Shown in pieces: positions 27,011-39,350 of a stretch of 64,000 nt of DNA. The DNA is taken from contig CM121341.1 in NCBI GenBank assembly GCA_051530055.1, positions 9,402,784-9,466,783 on the forward strand, in the 5' to 3' direction. Position 1 is the first letter of the stretch. Each line of letters starts with the position of its first letter. Source of the stretch: Neoechinorhynchus agilis. Taxonomy: Eukaryota > Animalia > Acanthocephala. Below the pieces are notes generated by a model, which was not told where the DNA came from, made no database searches, and saw nothing but the letters and a program-made list of their open reading frames with translations. The position numbers and the translations under genes were made by a program.

Positions 27011-27621
27011 CCTGAAAAAAATATAAAAATATGATGTCAAACCGAAGATTAATTGGCCACGGCAAAAAGAGTATTAGATTTAATATTAAACGTTTGAGAT
27101 TTTTAAAAGGATAACAGAAACATTAGAATTTACTAATCATCGAGAGATAAGATGTGGTTATCGTGATAAATTGCTAAAAAATATGATTATAAATTAGAAG
27201 TGTGGACTTTTTATAAAACCGGGTTTTCAGTACTTTTAAATGCAAATTTAATAATTTAGTCATCATTAATTTAAGAAACGAATAGCGAAAAATTAAGGTT
27301 AAAAGTAAATTAAATTTCATAAATTGATTTCTTTGAATAATGACTGAAGAGACGAGGTTACGTCTTTCGAATTATTTCAAATAAATCAAATATGCCATGC
27401 TTTGGAGCATGTTCACCAAAATTATAGCATGGTTATCCCAAATGATTATCTATCGTTGATTAAATTTTATATTCACGTTAAAATCCGAGAAAATGATTTC
27501 GGATAAAAATAACAATATTTGTCATCAACTATAATAAAGCGTGGCGTTCAATAACCGAGCGTAAAATGTGATCGTGGCAAAGATGTACGAGAAAAACAAC
27601 ATATCTTTCAATCGAAACGAA

Positions 27622-28785
27622 ATGAAGCTCGTTTCAATCTTTATTGTGCTTTCAGCAGTGGAATCATCGAAAGCCGGACTAAAAAGAGGTATAATTGAAG
27701 CCGAAGAATTGCTGGTTGCAATGGTGGACACCAACATTTCATTCCGTTTTTTGGAATGCGGAATTAGCCCATACGACCGCTTTGAGTTTGAAAAGTAAGG
27801 ATTAATTTAAAGTGTTCTGTTTCTTAAAAAGCCAAATATTTAGGGAACATATCCCAGGAGCCTTGTACTTCGATGCTCTTAGATGTATTGGATTGCAAGA
27901 GTTTTCTTCACTTGTTCCGGGTAATGTGACCCGGGAGTGTTTTCAAAGCTATGCCACTGGTGTTCTTGAACTCTCCAAAAATGATAATATAGTCCTCTAT
28001 GATTGTTTTAGCCGTGCCCCTGGAATCGTAGCCAGTAGAGTTTGGTGGCTATTTAGAGTTTTCGGACAACATAATGTGAGCGTTCTTAATGGAGGCTTGG
28101 AGTCTTGGAACAGGCTGGGAATCACGAAAACGGAAGCTGGACGTGGATTCGATAGCTGCGTGTTCAGAGGACGAACATTCGGTGATCAACTGCGAATAAG
28201 TCGAGAACCTTCGTTCGAAGGAATCATAGCAACACTTGATTCTGGATTGTTTAAAACGTTTGATCAAGTTTTTGACAATATACGAACTAAGGAGTTCCAG
28301 TTAATAGATTCCCGCTCGAGTGAGGAGTTCTATGGTATTTCCGGTCCTCGCATTCCCGGTAAGCGTATTGCGAAAGAGATATTGACCATTCTTAAATTAA
28401 AGGAGGAAAAGTCGGCCACGTTCCAGCGGCTGTAAATCTTCCCTTCACAAGACTTATTGATTACGATCAAATGAAGTTTCTGGGCAAACGGGAAATCGAG
28501 AAAGGTCTGTTCATTTCTAAAGCATATTTTGAGCGTTTGTGTTGAAAGTTCTTAGAGAATTCAAAGTAGCAATTTCGCATCCTTCGATTGCGATGTGTAA
28601 TATGGGTCTTACGGCCTCGATTGTCCCGATTACTCTCTTTGAGTTCGGAAATAGTAATGTCTCCATTTATTGCGTAAGAAATCAGGGAAGGTACTTTCTT
28701 TAGAACTAAACGGCTTACAATTTAGGGTTCGTGGAAAGACTGGACCTCTCGTGTTAGCGATGATTACATTAGTACCCATTATTGA
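27622..28785 (+). CDS. MPST: Tandem-rhodanese sulfurtransferase (MPST/TST family), 5 exons
   Basis: Motifs EHIPGALYFD, ASRVWWLFRVFG, VSVLNGG, QLIDSR, GHVPAAVNLPF, an active-site loop AMCNMGLTAS and terminal YCGSWKDW. In-frame GT-AG introns at 27795-27843, 28359-28402, 28505-28548 and 28674-28725; stop at 28783-28785. MPST versus TST is not resolved. Confidence 0.9.
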
Positions 28786-29026
28786 GTATTTCTTATCACA
28801 CAAAAATAAATCAGGCTAATAATTTTCGATTTATAACACAAAAAAATGTTCATTTGAAACAATGATGCAATGTGAATTTTTCGGCGAATCGTTTACAGAT
28901 TACTCGCATTTTTTGGAAACGGAGACTCACTTCAAATAGTTGAGGAAGCTTAGCATGCTATCACAAATCATTAGACGGATTACGATTCTAAGCAACGCTG
29001 ATTTAATGGTAAACCTAATTAAAATT

Positions 29027-30890
29027 TTAATCGCTATCGATCACCTTTTTTCTCTGTCCTCCAACTTTTTCAACATTTACTTTTTTCATAAATATCGTTT
29101 TGAGTTCGTCTAAATTATCCATCGTGAACCACATGAGAAAAATAGCGTCCGCGAGCCGAAAAATCTGGCTGAAAGGAATAAAAGGTAAGGTCCAAATAAT
29201 AGAACGTCTCAATTTTCCAACAAGTTGTGGCCTATATAAATTTATCCATTGAAAGAACCCGTCTACATGTCTTTGGGTCTTTATTTCCTTACAGTAACTG
29301 TTGCTTTTTTTGTACTTCATCAATGTCTCACTCGCGAATCCCAGCACCCAAATCGAATATAAAATGCAGATGAACAGTAAAGGCATTGGCGTCGATTGAG
29401 CATCAATCATCACCATCGGCATAATTTCCAGAATTATTGGCCACAGAAGCTGTTCAACGATCATCAATAGTCCAAAGTTGTGTGATTTGAGGGCAAAATC
29501 AATAGCAAGAAAAGATTCAAAGAATACGCTGTTCAAAGCTGCGATGAGGTTTGAGGTCCCGATGCTCAGAATCCATAGGTCAATAAGATTGAACAAAACA
29601 TCGGATGTAGAAAGTGCTCGGTAAATTGTAGCGATAGCCATGAACGTCCGAAGAGAACTTGAGATATGAAAATGGAGAACGTGATCGTAGTCGATATGTT
29701 TATCCTTATTCCGTTCTTTACCTTTTAGTGGACTTTTTGGAATGCCGAAAAGGAGACGTTGAAAAAAACTCGTCTTGATGTTTTTTGGAGGTGGACATTG
29801 GTTTGGAAAAATTGAAAAGCGAACGGCGCAGAAGGTTACAGTGATGATCTGTGGATAACAAAAAAAGAATAAAGGCCGTATTTCACTTAAAAAGGAACAC
29901 ATAATTTTCTCAATTAAAATTTGGTTGTTATAGGTGAAATTTATTCGTTGAGCGATAATTCTTAAAAATTCAGGCAATCGTAACGGTTAAATGATTCGAA
30001 AATGAACACAGAAATACAAGAAAGCAAAAACTTAAAACTAAAAAAGCGAGTTATTATTAAAAACTTAATTCCAATTTTTGCGCTTAGACTAAAAACACTA
30101 ATGAAATTGCTTGTACGGAGGTTGATTTATCACAATCAGGATTGCAATCGACAGATCATCAACTTTAAAAGCATGGGAGTCATTAATGCGCAAATGAATG
30201 GAAAGTGGGCTATGGTCGGAAACTTGTTCACTACAAAGCACAAGGGCAGATCGATCGCTAAGCCAATCCAAAAACATCGATTAGAATTGACTCGTCCACT
30301 CACGATCGCACCGCGATGGTCAGGATAGCTTATAACCGAAGCTGGTACATACCAATGAATGCCGATTTTGATACATATCCATGTAAATGAGCAAAGTGCA
30401 CAGCCGAATAAGTGAGCCGATTGTAAGCGTTGGAGTTTTTGAATTTCAAGGATTAGTACAGCAATCAGAAATGCGTAAGATAAGAACGTTACGACAATTT
30501 TCTTTGTCAGCCTGGAATCAGTGTGTGTCTTCATCAACAATGTCGCATTTAAAACCTAAGTGTTTTAAAAGGTTTGGTTGCCATGGTAACGTCCACAAAA
30601 ACTTTATATTCAAGTCTGAAACGTCCATGTTGTCATCCGGAAGCTCTTCAAAATAGCCATTTTGTATCGATTAGATAATTAATTAAATTATTTTAATAAG
30701 ACTGGGGAGCGTATACCCTTCTGACGATCAATAATTTATTTTCTTTAATTAAAATTTTCCAAAAGGGACAAATAGATATCTCAGAAGAATATAGTTCATT
30801 CTTTTCGTTCACAAATTGCTCCTTTTCGTCCAATTCTGCAACTGTCGTAATGATTGTTCGGCAGCTTCCTTGATGGCCGCGTTGGATCAC
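29027..30890 (-). CDS. Divergent ERG4/ERG24-family membrane protein (LBR/TM7SF2-like), multi-exon
   Basis: Colinear resemblance to sterol reductases as recalled: LLFGIPKSP ~ FFIGRELNP; FESFLAIDFALKSHNFGLLMIVEQLLW ~ [40 protein letters not shown] ~ HPNYLGDL..LAWSLP. Many TM helices. The 5-prime exon structure is uncertain. Confidence 0.65.
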
Positions 30891-31099
30891 CGTCTTATTC
30901 TAAACGCAAAACTCACCGTTAATATTCCAGCCCATGATTGATCAAGTTTTGGGCCTTTAAAAAATGAACACTTGGAAGAGGGCTGTTGTAATGATAAAAA
31001 GAAAAATCTTTTTTCTCTCTATACGGCGAGTTTTTGTTCTCCTCGAGGTTTATTTACATACAAATTTTCGAGACCTCAATCTCCTTATCAAGCATCAAA

Positions 31100-31610
31100 A
31101 ATCACATGTAGAAGGAACGTTCATTTGAACCCTCGAAGCGGGACCATCAATTTCCAAGGTTGCGCTTCACCCTTTGCGCTACTGTTCCACGGAGGTTATT
31201 TATCGGAAGGACAAGAGCGAAGTTGCTCTTATTGCCTTCCATTGTCCTCTCCGCGTTGATGAGAAGGGCCATGACTTTTTCAGTGAGTTGGACTCCACTC
31301 TATACCAGGCTTGTGGAATAACGAGGTGGTAATCGACGCTCCGTTTCGTTGTAATATGACGTCCAAGAAGCTGATCCACCCATTTTTGTCTTCTGGGGGT
31401 GATTGTCCACTTTATCGACGGGTTTATCGCGTTCAGCTGTTCCTCCAGAGCGTCGATTACCACATCGTTTTTCCACAAGCCTGGTATAGAGTGGGGTCCA
31501 ACTCACTGGAAAAGTCATGGCCCCAGCAGATATAAGGTTAACGCTGCCTGCAATGTATTCTGGAGAGCGCTGGAAATAGGGAGCAACAAATTCGAATGAA
31601 TTAGACTACA
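31100..31610 (-). mobile_element. Penelope-like element RT fragment with an inverted partial duplicate
   Basis: The minus strand reads QLNAINPSIKWTIT..EDKNGWISFLDVILQRNGASITTSLFHKP, a PLE RT C-terminal signature. The plus strand from 31448 repeats ASITTSFFHKP..HWKSHGPSRYKVNAACNVFWRALEIGS. The 76-bp inverted arms are at 31266-31341 and 31448-31523. Confidence 0.7.
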
Positions 31611-31614
31611 AAGA

Positions 31615-34600
31615 TCGAAATGGATAATGCTGCGCCTGTGGCCGCATAGGCCACTATTCGAGATGCTGCAGGAGTCGTAAGCATATACAAGTATGTTCAA
31701 ATAGCCAAACTTCGTCCGGTATCGACGAAATATTCAAGACGTCTGGGAATACGAGACTGATGATGGAAGTGGAAGGTTATCCTGTTAGGATGCTATTCGA
31801 TACAGGTGCTGATATCTCAGTTATTACTTCGGAAGTTTGGAAAATGATAGGATCGCCACGGTTAAGAACAACAAAACCACCTCGAGCGTTTGGAGGCAAT
31901 TTAGTTGAAGTTATGGGCGAATGTGAGGTGCAAGTGAGATATCAACAAAAGATCAGACATCTTCGAGCGGTTGTGTCCAGAGATGCGGAAAAGTCGCTTT
32001 TTGGATCGCCACGGGCGTTGGCGTTTGGAATACCACTTCCGCAACCCGCCGTCGCCATCCTCACAATTGGAGAAAACGAAGAAATATGCGAGCTACTGAA
32101 AGCGTTCGATGATGTGTTCACTAACAACAATCGAGCAGTAAATAATTTTACGGCGAAATTTGCTATTCCGGAAAACGCAAAACCGATTCGTTGGCCTTTC
32201 CGTCGAATTCCGTTTGCATTAGAAGCCGCAGTCAAAGAACAGCTAGAGGAATTGTGCGATACGGACGTTTTGGAAAAAGTGAACCCAAGTGACGATATAG
32301 TCGAATGGGCTACTCCGATGGTTATTGTGAGAAATACAAGTGGAAAACTGCGAATATGTGCGGATTTCAAAGTTACGATTAATCAATATTTGCATCCAGG
32401 GCCCTATCAAATGCCCAGCATCGATAATATGCTAAATAACATTTCAAATGGCAAAGTGTTTTCTAAAAAAAATTTTTTAAGGCGAAGAGAAGTAAATTTA
32501 TTAATATTTCGCCCTCGATTTATTCTATTTCTTGGTAAAACTATTTCGCTTTTCATTCCTGTAAACATCCCGACGTTGCCAGTACATCGCGATTCGTTAA
32601 GAGGGGAAATTCCTCGAGCGCGAGGCTCCATACGTTTCCACGGCAAAAGGGACGAAATGGTAACTCCTTAGGAGCTCTTTATATTTTGAACGCTTTCGTT
32701 CCTCAGCTACGACCGCTGAACCTCCAGGACTCTTTTTTAAAAAAAAGTGAAAATTACTGGGTTGCTTCAAATAAAAGCGGTTTTCCCTCCCGCCATGGAA
32801 AAACCGTGACACCGTCAGGTCGCTTGCTGTCTAGGCGGCATAAATTTCTTGGCTCTAGAATATTGGGCACGTGAACGGAATCTAGGGCTCTGCTCAAAAT
32901 TGAGTTCAACTCTGCGCTTAACAAATGCTTATTTACAAATTCCGGTGGATCCCTCCTCTCAACGTTTACTGACTATTACGACGCCGTGGGGATTTTCCCG
33001 ATATACCAGATTGCCCTTCGGGATCTCCAACGCTCCTTCGATCTTCCAAAAGTACATTGATTCAACGATCGAAGGCATGAAAGGAATCCATGCATACTTG
33101 AACGACGTGATAATCGTTTCAGACTCCGTAGATGCACATATTTTGAGCTTGGAGCAGTTGTTCAGAAAATTCCGCGAAGTTGGACTCACAATCTCTAAGC
33201 AGAAATGTTCATTTAATACGGATAATATAGAATACCTTGGATTCACTATAAGATAAAATTCGATCCTGCCGAACGAAGAACGGACAATAAGCGATGCACC
33301 CCCGTCCAACTACGAAACAAAATCTCAAGTCGTGGCTGGGATTAGCAAATTATAACTTGCGATTTTTCCCGCACTTGCAGGATGTTTGCAAACCATTACA
33401 CGATTTGACAAGAAAGAGAAACGGTTCGCTTGGACGAACATAGAAGAAAAGGCTTTCCAGAAAGCCAAAGAAATCTTGTCGAGACCACAGACGGCGGTTC
33501 CATACCGCGTGCGATGCGAGCAATAACGGATTAGGGGCAGCGTTGTGCCATACCGATGAAAACAACGAACTATTGCCGATTTCGTCTGTGTCTAGGGTAT
33601 TTTCGGACGCAGTCTCGTTATTGCACTACCGATAAGGAAGCTTTATCAATCATATTCGGAGTCAGGCGTTTTCACATGTACCTATACGGCCGTTATTTCG
33701 AAATATTTACGGACCATAAGGCTTTAACATATATATTCGGACCCGCAAGAGACCCGTCCAAAATGTCGAACGGTCGAATGGTGAGATGGGCAATGTTACT
33801 AACGACTTACGATTACACAATAAAACAAGTGTCCGGAAAACAGAATATTTACGCACTTTTCCGGTAATATACACTGTTTAAAGGAAGAAAAAAGTGATCA
33901 AATGGGATTGTCGACTTGGGTGATTAGGAAGGAATCGACACTCAATAGGCAGTTACAAAGGATATATCGATATTGTAAATTCGGTTGACCCGATACTGTA
34001 GTTGAAAGCGATAAAATGTATTATGATAGACGAAACGAAATTTCATGCGAAAACGGAATACTGATGTGGCTACTGCGCATGATAATTCCCGAGTCGCTTA
34101 GAACACGAGTCCTTTGGATCACTCATACTAGACACCCTGGAGAGGCGGCAATGAAGGGTTTTGCTCGGTATTACGTTTGGTGGCCGCAGTTGGATGCAAG
34201 TATAAGTAAATTCGTGGCTAGGTGGGGCAGCTGCCAAATGATTCGTCCAAGATCGAAGGAACAACCGCTGCTAATGTGGGACTATCCTAGCCAACCATGG
34301 GGAAGGATCCACATCGACTTTGCAGGGCCGGTTCACGGATTATTGTATATGGTTTTGGTGGATGCCCATAGTAAGTGGCCGGAGGTGATTCCGGCACAGC
34401 GGTGGACATCAGAATCACTAGTTGATAGATTGAGAGAAGTATTCGCTAGATGGGGTTTACCGAAGCAGATAGTGAGTGATAACGGCCCTCAGTTCATCAG
34501 TGCAGTTTTTCAAAACTTCTGCAAAGACAACTGCATAAAACACATCAAAACGAGCACTTATCACTCACAGACTAATGGGCTTGCCGAAAGATTTGTGCAG

Positions 34601-35363
34601 ACAATGAAAAACAGAGTTTTGAAACGGGGAGTCGATCTGAAGAAGGCCAACCTTTATGATTTCTTACAAGTGTATCGAAATATCCCGCACTCGACCACCG
34701 GTAAGATCCCGTCCGAAGCTATGGCCGCGAGAAGGATTCCGACGATTTTCGATAATTGGAGGCATTGCCTCAAAAATTATCATGGACACAGGTCAGACAA
34801 ATTCAAAGAGTATCACGACCGAAGGTTCGCAAAGGAAACAAACTTCGACGTTGGACTTCCAGTATGGTGGAGAAATGTACAAACGGGAAGATGGCAGGAA
34901 GCAACGATTGCTGAACGGAATGGTCCGGTGTCCTACGAAGTGGTCATCGGGGTTGGAATGAAGCGAACGCACGCAAACCAGATAAGGACACGAGAAGGGG
35001 AAGATATAATTGCTGGGGAAGCCATAATTAATACTAAGCGGGAAAATGGAGGAGAGGGTGCAGAGGAATGTTTACCCGAAGGAGGAAATGTACTCAAATG
35101 GCGATGAAGTGAAAGAAGACAAACGAACAACTTTGATAGAAGACAAAGAGCACTGTGATGACCCCGAAATCGAAGCACCAACACTTCGGAGAAGTGAGAG
35201 AATAAGGCGCCCCACCCTCCCGTGCGGAGGGGGAAGAATACGATAAGTAGCGGCATTCTGACGTGGCCAATCAATGTTACACATCGTGTTGACCGTTGTT
35301 CGTGCGTGTGCGATCTGGGCGAATATTAAAAAACGTTAACTAAGTATGTCAAGGAATGTCACA
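31615..35363 (+). mobile_element. Ty3/Gypsy LTR retrotransposon (Mag/K02A2.6-like), degenerate, 5-prime LTR missing
   Basis: CX2CX4HX4C knuckle at about 31628, protease DTGA, RT (EWATPMVIV, RICADFK, RLPFGI, YLNDV), RNase H (KEALSIIFG, TDHKAL) and integrase (IHIDFAGP, VSDNGPQF, NGLAERFVQT). A purine tract GGAGGGGGAAGAA at about 35226 precedes a putative 3-prime LTR. Confidence 0.9.
32466..32907 (-). mobile_element. 5-prime-truncated CRE fragment nested in the Gypsy RT
   Basis: REL-domain motifs [12 protein letters not shown] and EERKRSKYKELLRSYHFVPFAVETYGA; it splits the Gypsy GKVFS | TLRLTNAYLQIP sequence. Confidence 0.85.
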
Positions 35364-35364
35364 C

Positions 35365-35535
35365 ATCCCTCCCAACCAGATATTACCTTTCGAACGGGCA
35401 TCCCTCGACTGGATATTCCCATATTAACGGATACATTTTTCTTTTTTTAAACAATAGTGAACTTGAATGCTTATGAGGACCCAAAAGTACATCTTTCTTT
35501 GTATTCTGAACAATAAATGTGTTATTATTATCTTT
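35365..35535 (+). mobile_element. 3-prime end of the L2/CR1-like LINE family
   Basis: Matches 53260-53400 (CGAACGG.CATCCC, GA.GACCCAAAAGTACAT, GTGTTATTATTATCT tail). Confidence 0.7.
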
Positions 35536-35582
35536 TTTCAGTTGAGGATGATTAGAAGTCCAAAAAAAGGTAAACAGTTTAT

Positions 35583-35830
35583 TGTTTGAAGATTGAATTG
35601 TTCATATAGGTTGTTTCCTGGCGAAGAAATTAAAATGATTTTATTCTAAAATCCGATTGATTTTGCAGGCACAATCTTGTACGCGTTTATTATGGCTCAC
35701 ATATTTAAAAACTTACAAGCAACCTTGATAAACGCGAACAAGATTGTTCCGAATTGTCGGATTTTAAAATAAAATCATTTTAATTTCTCCGCTAGAAAAC
35801 GACAAATGTGAACAATTCAATCTTCAAACA
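35583..35830. mobile_element. Palindromic MITE family, copy 1
   Basis: Long imperfect inverted arms beginning TGTTTGAAGATTGAATTGTTCA / TGAACAATTCAATCTTCAAACA; related to 54209-54512 and 63918-63962. Confidence 0.75.
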
Positions 35831-35908
35831 GTCATTATTTCTTACATCCTTATAATCATAATATACGGTTTTTTCAGACTTTGACAGCAGAGACCTTTCT
35901 TATCTAAG

Positions 35909-37062
35909 ATGGCGTTTATTGCACCCAAGACCTTGTGTAGCATTCTTGGATGTGTAAATACCAGTCGCAGTCACAATGAAAATGATTCAGCGGTTCTGTT
36001 GGGCAATCGAATCCTTCAGGCAATTCTCTTAAGCATTGTTTGGATTTCCATCTTTTTACAAGGAGGCCTTTGTAGCTTTAAATAAAAAATATCAAAATAA
36101 ATCTAAAGAATGATTAGAATCCTCGGATAACTTGAGATATTAATGGCCACTAGAAGACTTTTTAGACGACATTCGAAATGATGAGCTTACTAATCACTAC
36201 TGTGCTCGCAATAATTCCTAAAATGTTGGATCGGTTGAATACTTACGAACCACACGTACTAATGGTTATCCCGTTTAGAGAAAGGCTAAGTGTTGAAACC
36301 TCCATCATTTGCTACATTGAAGGTTTCTTCAGTAAATGAGCTCCATCGAGTCCTGAAACCATTGAGGACGAATATTAATCGAGCATGTCCATTTACGCTC
36401 TCGGTTCTAATTGCGTGCCAAGAAGATCGATTCAGATTTAATCGGGGCGCTCTACTCAATGCTGGATTTATTGAGTATTTTAGAATGATTAGTCAGTCAA
36501 AGGGAAAATATCCACGATATATCTGGTTCCACGATATCGATCTTTTTCCATCCGAGTTTCAGTGTCTGCCTCTTCCAATAATAGGCCGAACCTATAGACA
36601 ACTTTATCGGCACGTATCGGCGAATGATCAAGGCGAAGGGGGTTCTGTGCTTGTGAGTACGTTTGATTTCATAAGAAGCAATGGATATAGTAATCGCTTT
36701 TGGGGCTGGGGAAAAGAAGACGAATTATTAGCGCAGAGGCTTGTTTATTTGAACTTAAAGGTTATTAAACAAGAGGTCCTTTAAACTAAGATAATTTATC
36801 GGATCTTTTGTGGATTAGAAGCCTGGAGTTCGTACATCTTCATGGCGATAGAATTCGGGATTTTATTCAGTATGCAGGACAGGCTGAAGACTCTAAGGAT
36901 TTGCGTCTACACCGAAGCAGTGGTCTATTAGATCATAAATATAACGTTGTTTATAACAGTAAAGTCGTCATTAATGGTGATTTGATCAGAATGATTGGAT
37001 TTGAATTCCGATGTAATTTGAGTGATCAGCCATGGTGCAAACATAATTTCAAAATAAAATAG
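35909..37062 (+). CDS. B4GALT7: Xylosylprotein beta-1,4-galactosyltransferase (B4GALT7-like), multi-exon type II membrane protein
   Basis: N-terminal TM segment, VIPFRER, FRFNRGALLNAGF, DxD motif FHDID, NGYSNRFWGWGKEDE, FVHLH and C-terminal C..SDQPWC; short introns at about 36290-36332 and about 36780. Confidence 0.88.
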
Positions 37063-37530
37063 TACTCAATTCCAGGAACTGATGTGAATTTTACCTTGTT
37101 ATCCTCATGTATTCTTTAAAACAGTATCAAACATGTTAAGACAATTCGGCGATGATTTCAGTTTTCTTTCAATTTTGAATGGAAGTTTGAAGAAAGGTTT
37201 ATCGATCCGTTAGCAGCTGAAAATCCACAACACTTATTTGAAGCAGCAATCGATGTTAAAACAAGTCGACGATATTTAAGAGCGATTGCATGTAAAATCA
37301 AAAAGCGTCCTCATTTAAGCTCTTCACGGCAATAGTAAGTGCTACATGAATGGTCTTTAGAGCATCGTATTTGTGAAGTACCATCTTAAAACGCCTGTTC
37401 CCGTACAAGTGGGAACTTTGCGTTTTTGAAACTAAGAGCAAGTTCCGCGAGGAGAGAAAAGCCATTTCTGCATACATAGGAAGCAAATACTATGTTTTCG
37501 ATAATCGCATACGAATAACGGACTTTAACC

Positions 37531-38391
37531 ATGATGACTAAGCTGGAAACTAGCGTCCCTGATTGGCTTTTAACAAGTCATAACATTTTGTCTGTCATGA
37601 CTCATTTATTAACTATAACGATCCTGGTTTACGGTGTACTTAAGTCTCCCGCCAGGTCCCAATCGTTTTACCTATACAAAACGCTAATGCTGATGGGAAA
37701 CTGTTACAGCATTAATTTCGCGATGAGTATTCAGTTTCGAATCCGAGCATTCTCTGATGGAACAAAATTCGACTTATCTCTTGACTTCATTGATGCAGAC
37801 AAAAAAGATCCTTATGTTGGATACAATGAAATTCCAATAACCACAAAGTTCTTCGTTGTCCTTTGTTCTCTTGTATTTACTGCTTTTCTACTGAACGGGA
37901 TCGTATCGCTTCTGTTCTCAATCAGTGACAAAATCAATGAAGTTACTGCAAAATGGATATGCGGAGTCATTATTGTTTGTTGTGCTGTTCAATCAATCAC
38001 ACGAATCGATTGTCTAAACTTTTTATACCCAAGAAAATTATGTATGCGCCCGTGCCGGTGCAACGTAGCAATCAAATGGACGTACACTATCCTCGGATTA
38101 CTTCTGCCGATATTCACTACTATGCTGACAGCCACGATAACCCTCATCTACTTTCTCTGGAGTTCTAATTATTGCTGCTATCGACATCGAGGATTGTCGC
38201 GCTCGAAAAAGGGATTATTGTTTAGTCTCGGCGCAAATTCCTTTACCGGTATTCTCAGTCTGGTCGGTCATGTTGGCCATTATTGGGTGACTAATCAAAA
38301 CGTTCAACACGTCCTTAACGTCCTCAGAATAAGCAGGTTTTGGCTTTACCCTTTCATTGTAACATGTGAGCTGCTAGTTTTTTCCGAATAA
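37531..38391 (+). CDS. Intronless multi-pass (about 7 TM) receptor-like orphan protein
   Basis: 286-aa uninterrupted ORF in AT-rich DNA with about seven hydrophobic segments and a Cys-rich loop; no canonical DRY or NPxxY motifs. Confidence 0.6.
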   Translation: MMTKLETSVPDWLLTSHNILSVMTHLLTITILVYGVLKSPARSQSFYLYKTLMLMGNCYSINFAMSIQFRIRAFSDGTKFDLSLDFIDADKKDPYVGYNEIPITTKFFVVLCSLVFTAFLLNGIVSLLFSISDKINEVTAKWICGVIIVCCAVQSITRIDCLNFLYPRKLCMRPCRCNVAIKWTYTILGLLLPIFTTMLTATITLIYFLWSSNYCCYRHRGLSRSKKGLLFSLGANSFTGILSLVGHVGHYWVTNQNVQHVLNVLRISRFWLYPFIVTCELLVFSE

Positions 38392-39350
38392 ATCATTGTG
38401 ACTACAATTTCTTTGCAATCATCCATTTCTGTTTCGAACATGTCGATAGTTTTAATATGGGAGAGTGTAAGATCGTCCACCAATATCGAGATGTGGTGCG
38501 TTTTCGAATCCGGCAAAGGAGCCACGCAAAAGAGAATATCTTAGTGTGCACTTAAGTACGAGCATTGGTTACATTTAAGTACCTAAAATATCCCTAAAGC
38601 AATAATGCCTAGCGATATGCTAACAATTCCCCTCATCAATTGTCTTCCTATTGAGATTCCTTCTCGTAAATCAACAGCATTGAACGCTTTGTAATAAAAA
38701 GAACGTAAATATTTATAATTGGATCTTTAGCAATATGTTAAATTAACTAACTTGCGTAACTAATGATGAATTCAATGATAAAATTCCCCCATATTGAGGT
38801 TAATAAGCTCCATGATCAATCAATGTAGCACTCTATGTAAAGCGAACTCAATCTAACGGTCCAGGTATAACTGCCATTATAATCCAATCTAATAAAATAC
38901 TAGATTTAGTCTTTAATAATTATCTCTACACCGGAAATAGAAATGCACTAAACAAAATACTGTTAATTTGTCAAGTTCGATTTTATTAGCCATGAAAATT
39001 CGATTTGGTAGTTAAAAAAATCAGTGAGTGCCGAAATGTACATAATCGAATCACGTAAATTTATTCACTATATAACTTTTTTAGCGTCAATAACACACCG
39101 ATTCGCTACTAATATATTTCATACCCATACACAATTTGGGCGTGTTCAAAACTTCATCATAGTAACGTTTTGGCAAATAAGAGTTCGGATTATTATCTCG
39201 CACGCTCTGAAACTCTCTTCCGCTTCTTTGTCCCATGACCACTGTATCTTTGAGCTGCATAGGTGATGTAAAGGTGCAGCACAACCTTGAAGGTTAGGCC
39301 AAAATCGATCGTAGTAGTTAACCATTCAAAGAAACGATTTGAGCGCTTTC

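Noticed and set aside
22443-28785. Functional selenium cluster of tRNA-Sec and rhodanese
   Set aside because: They are 5 kb apart with a CRE element between them, and proximity of a Pol III gene and a Pol II gene in a eukaryote is not evidence of a shared pathway.
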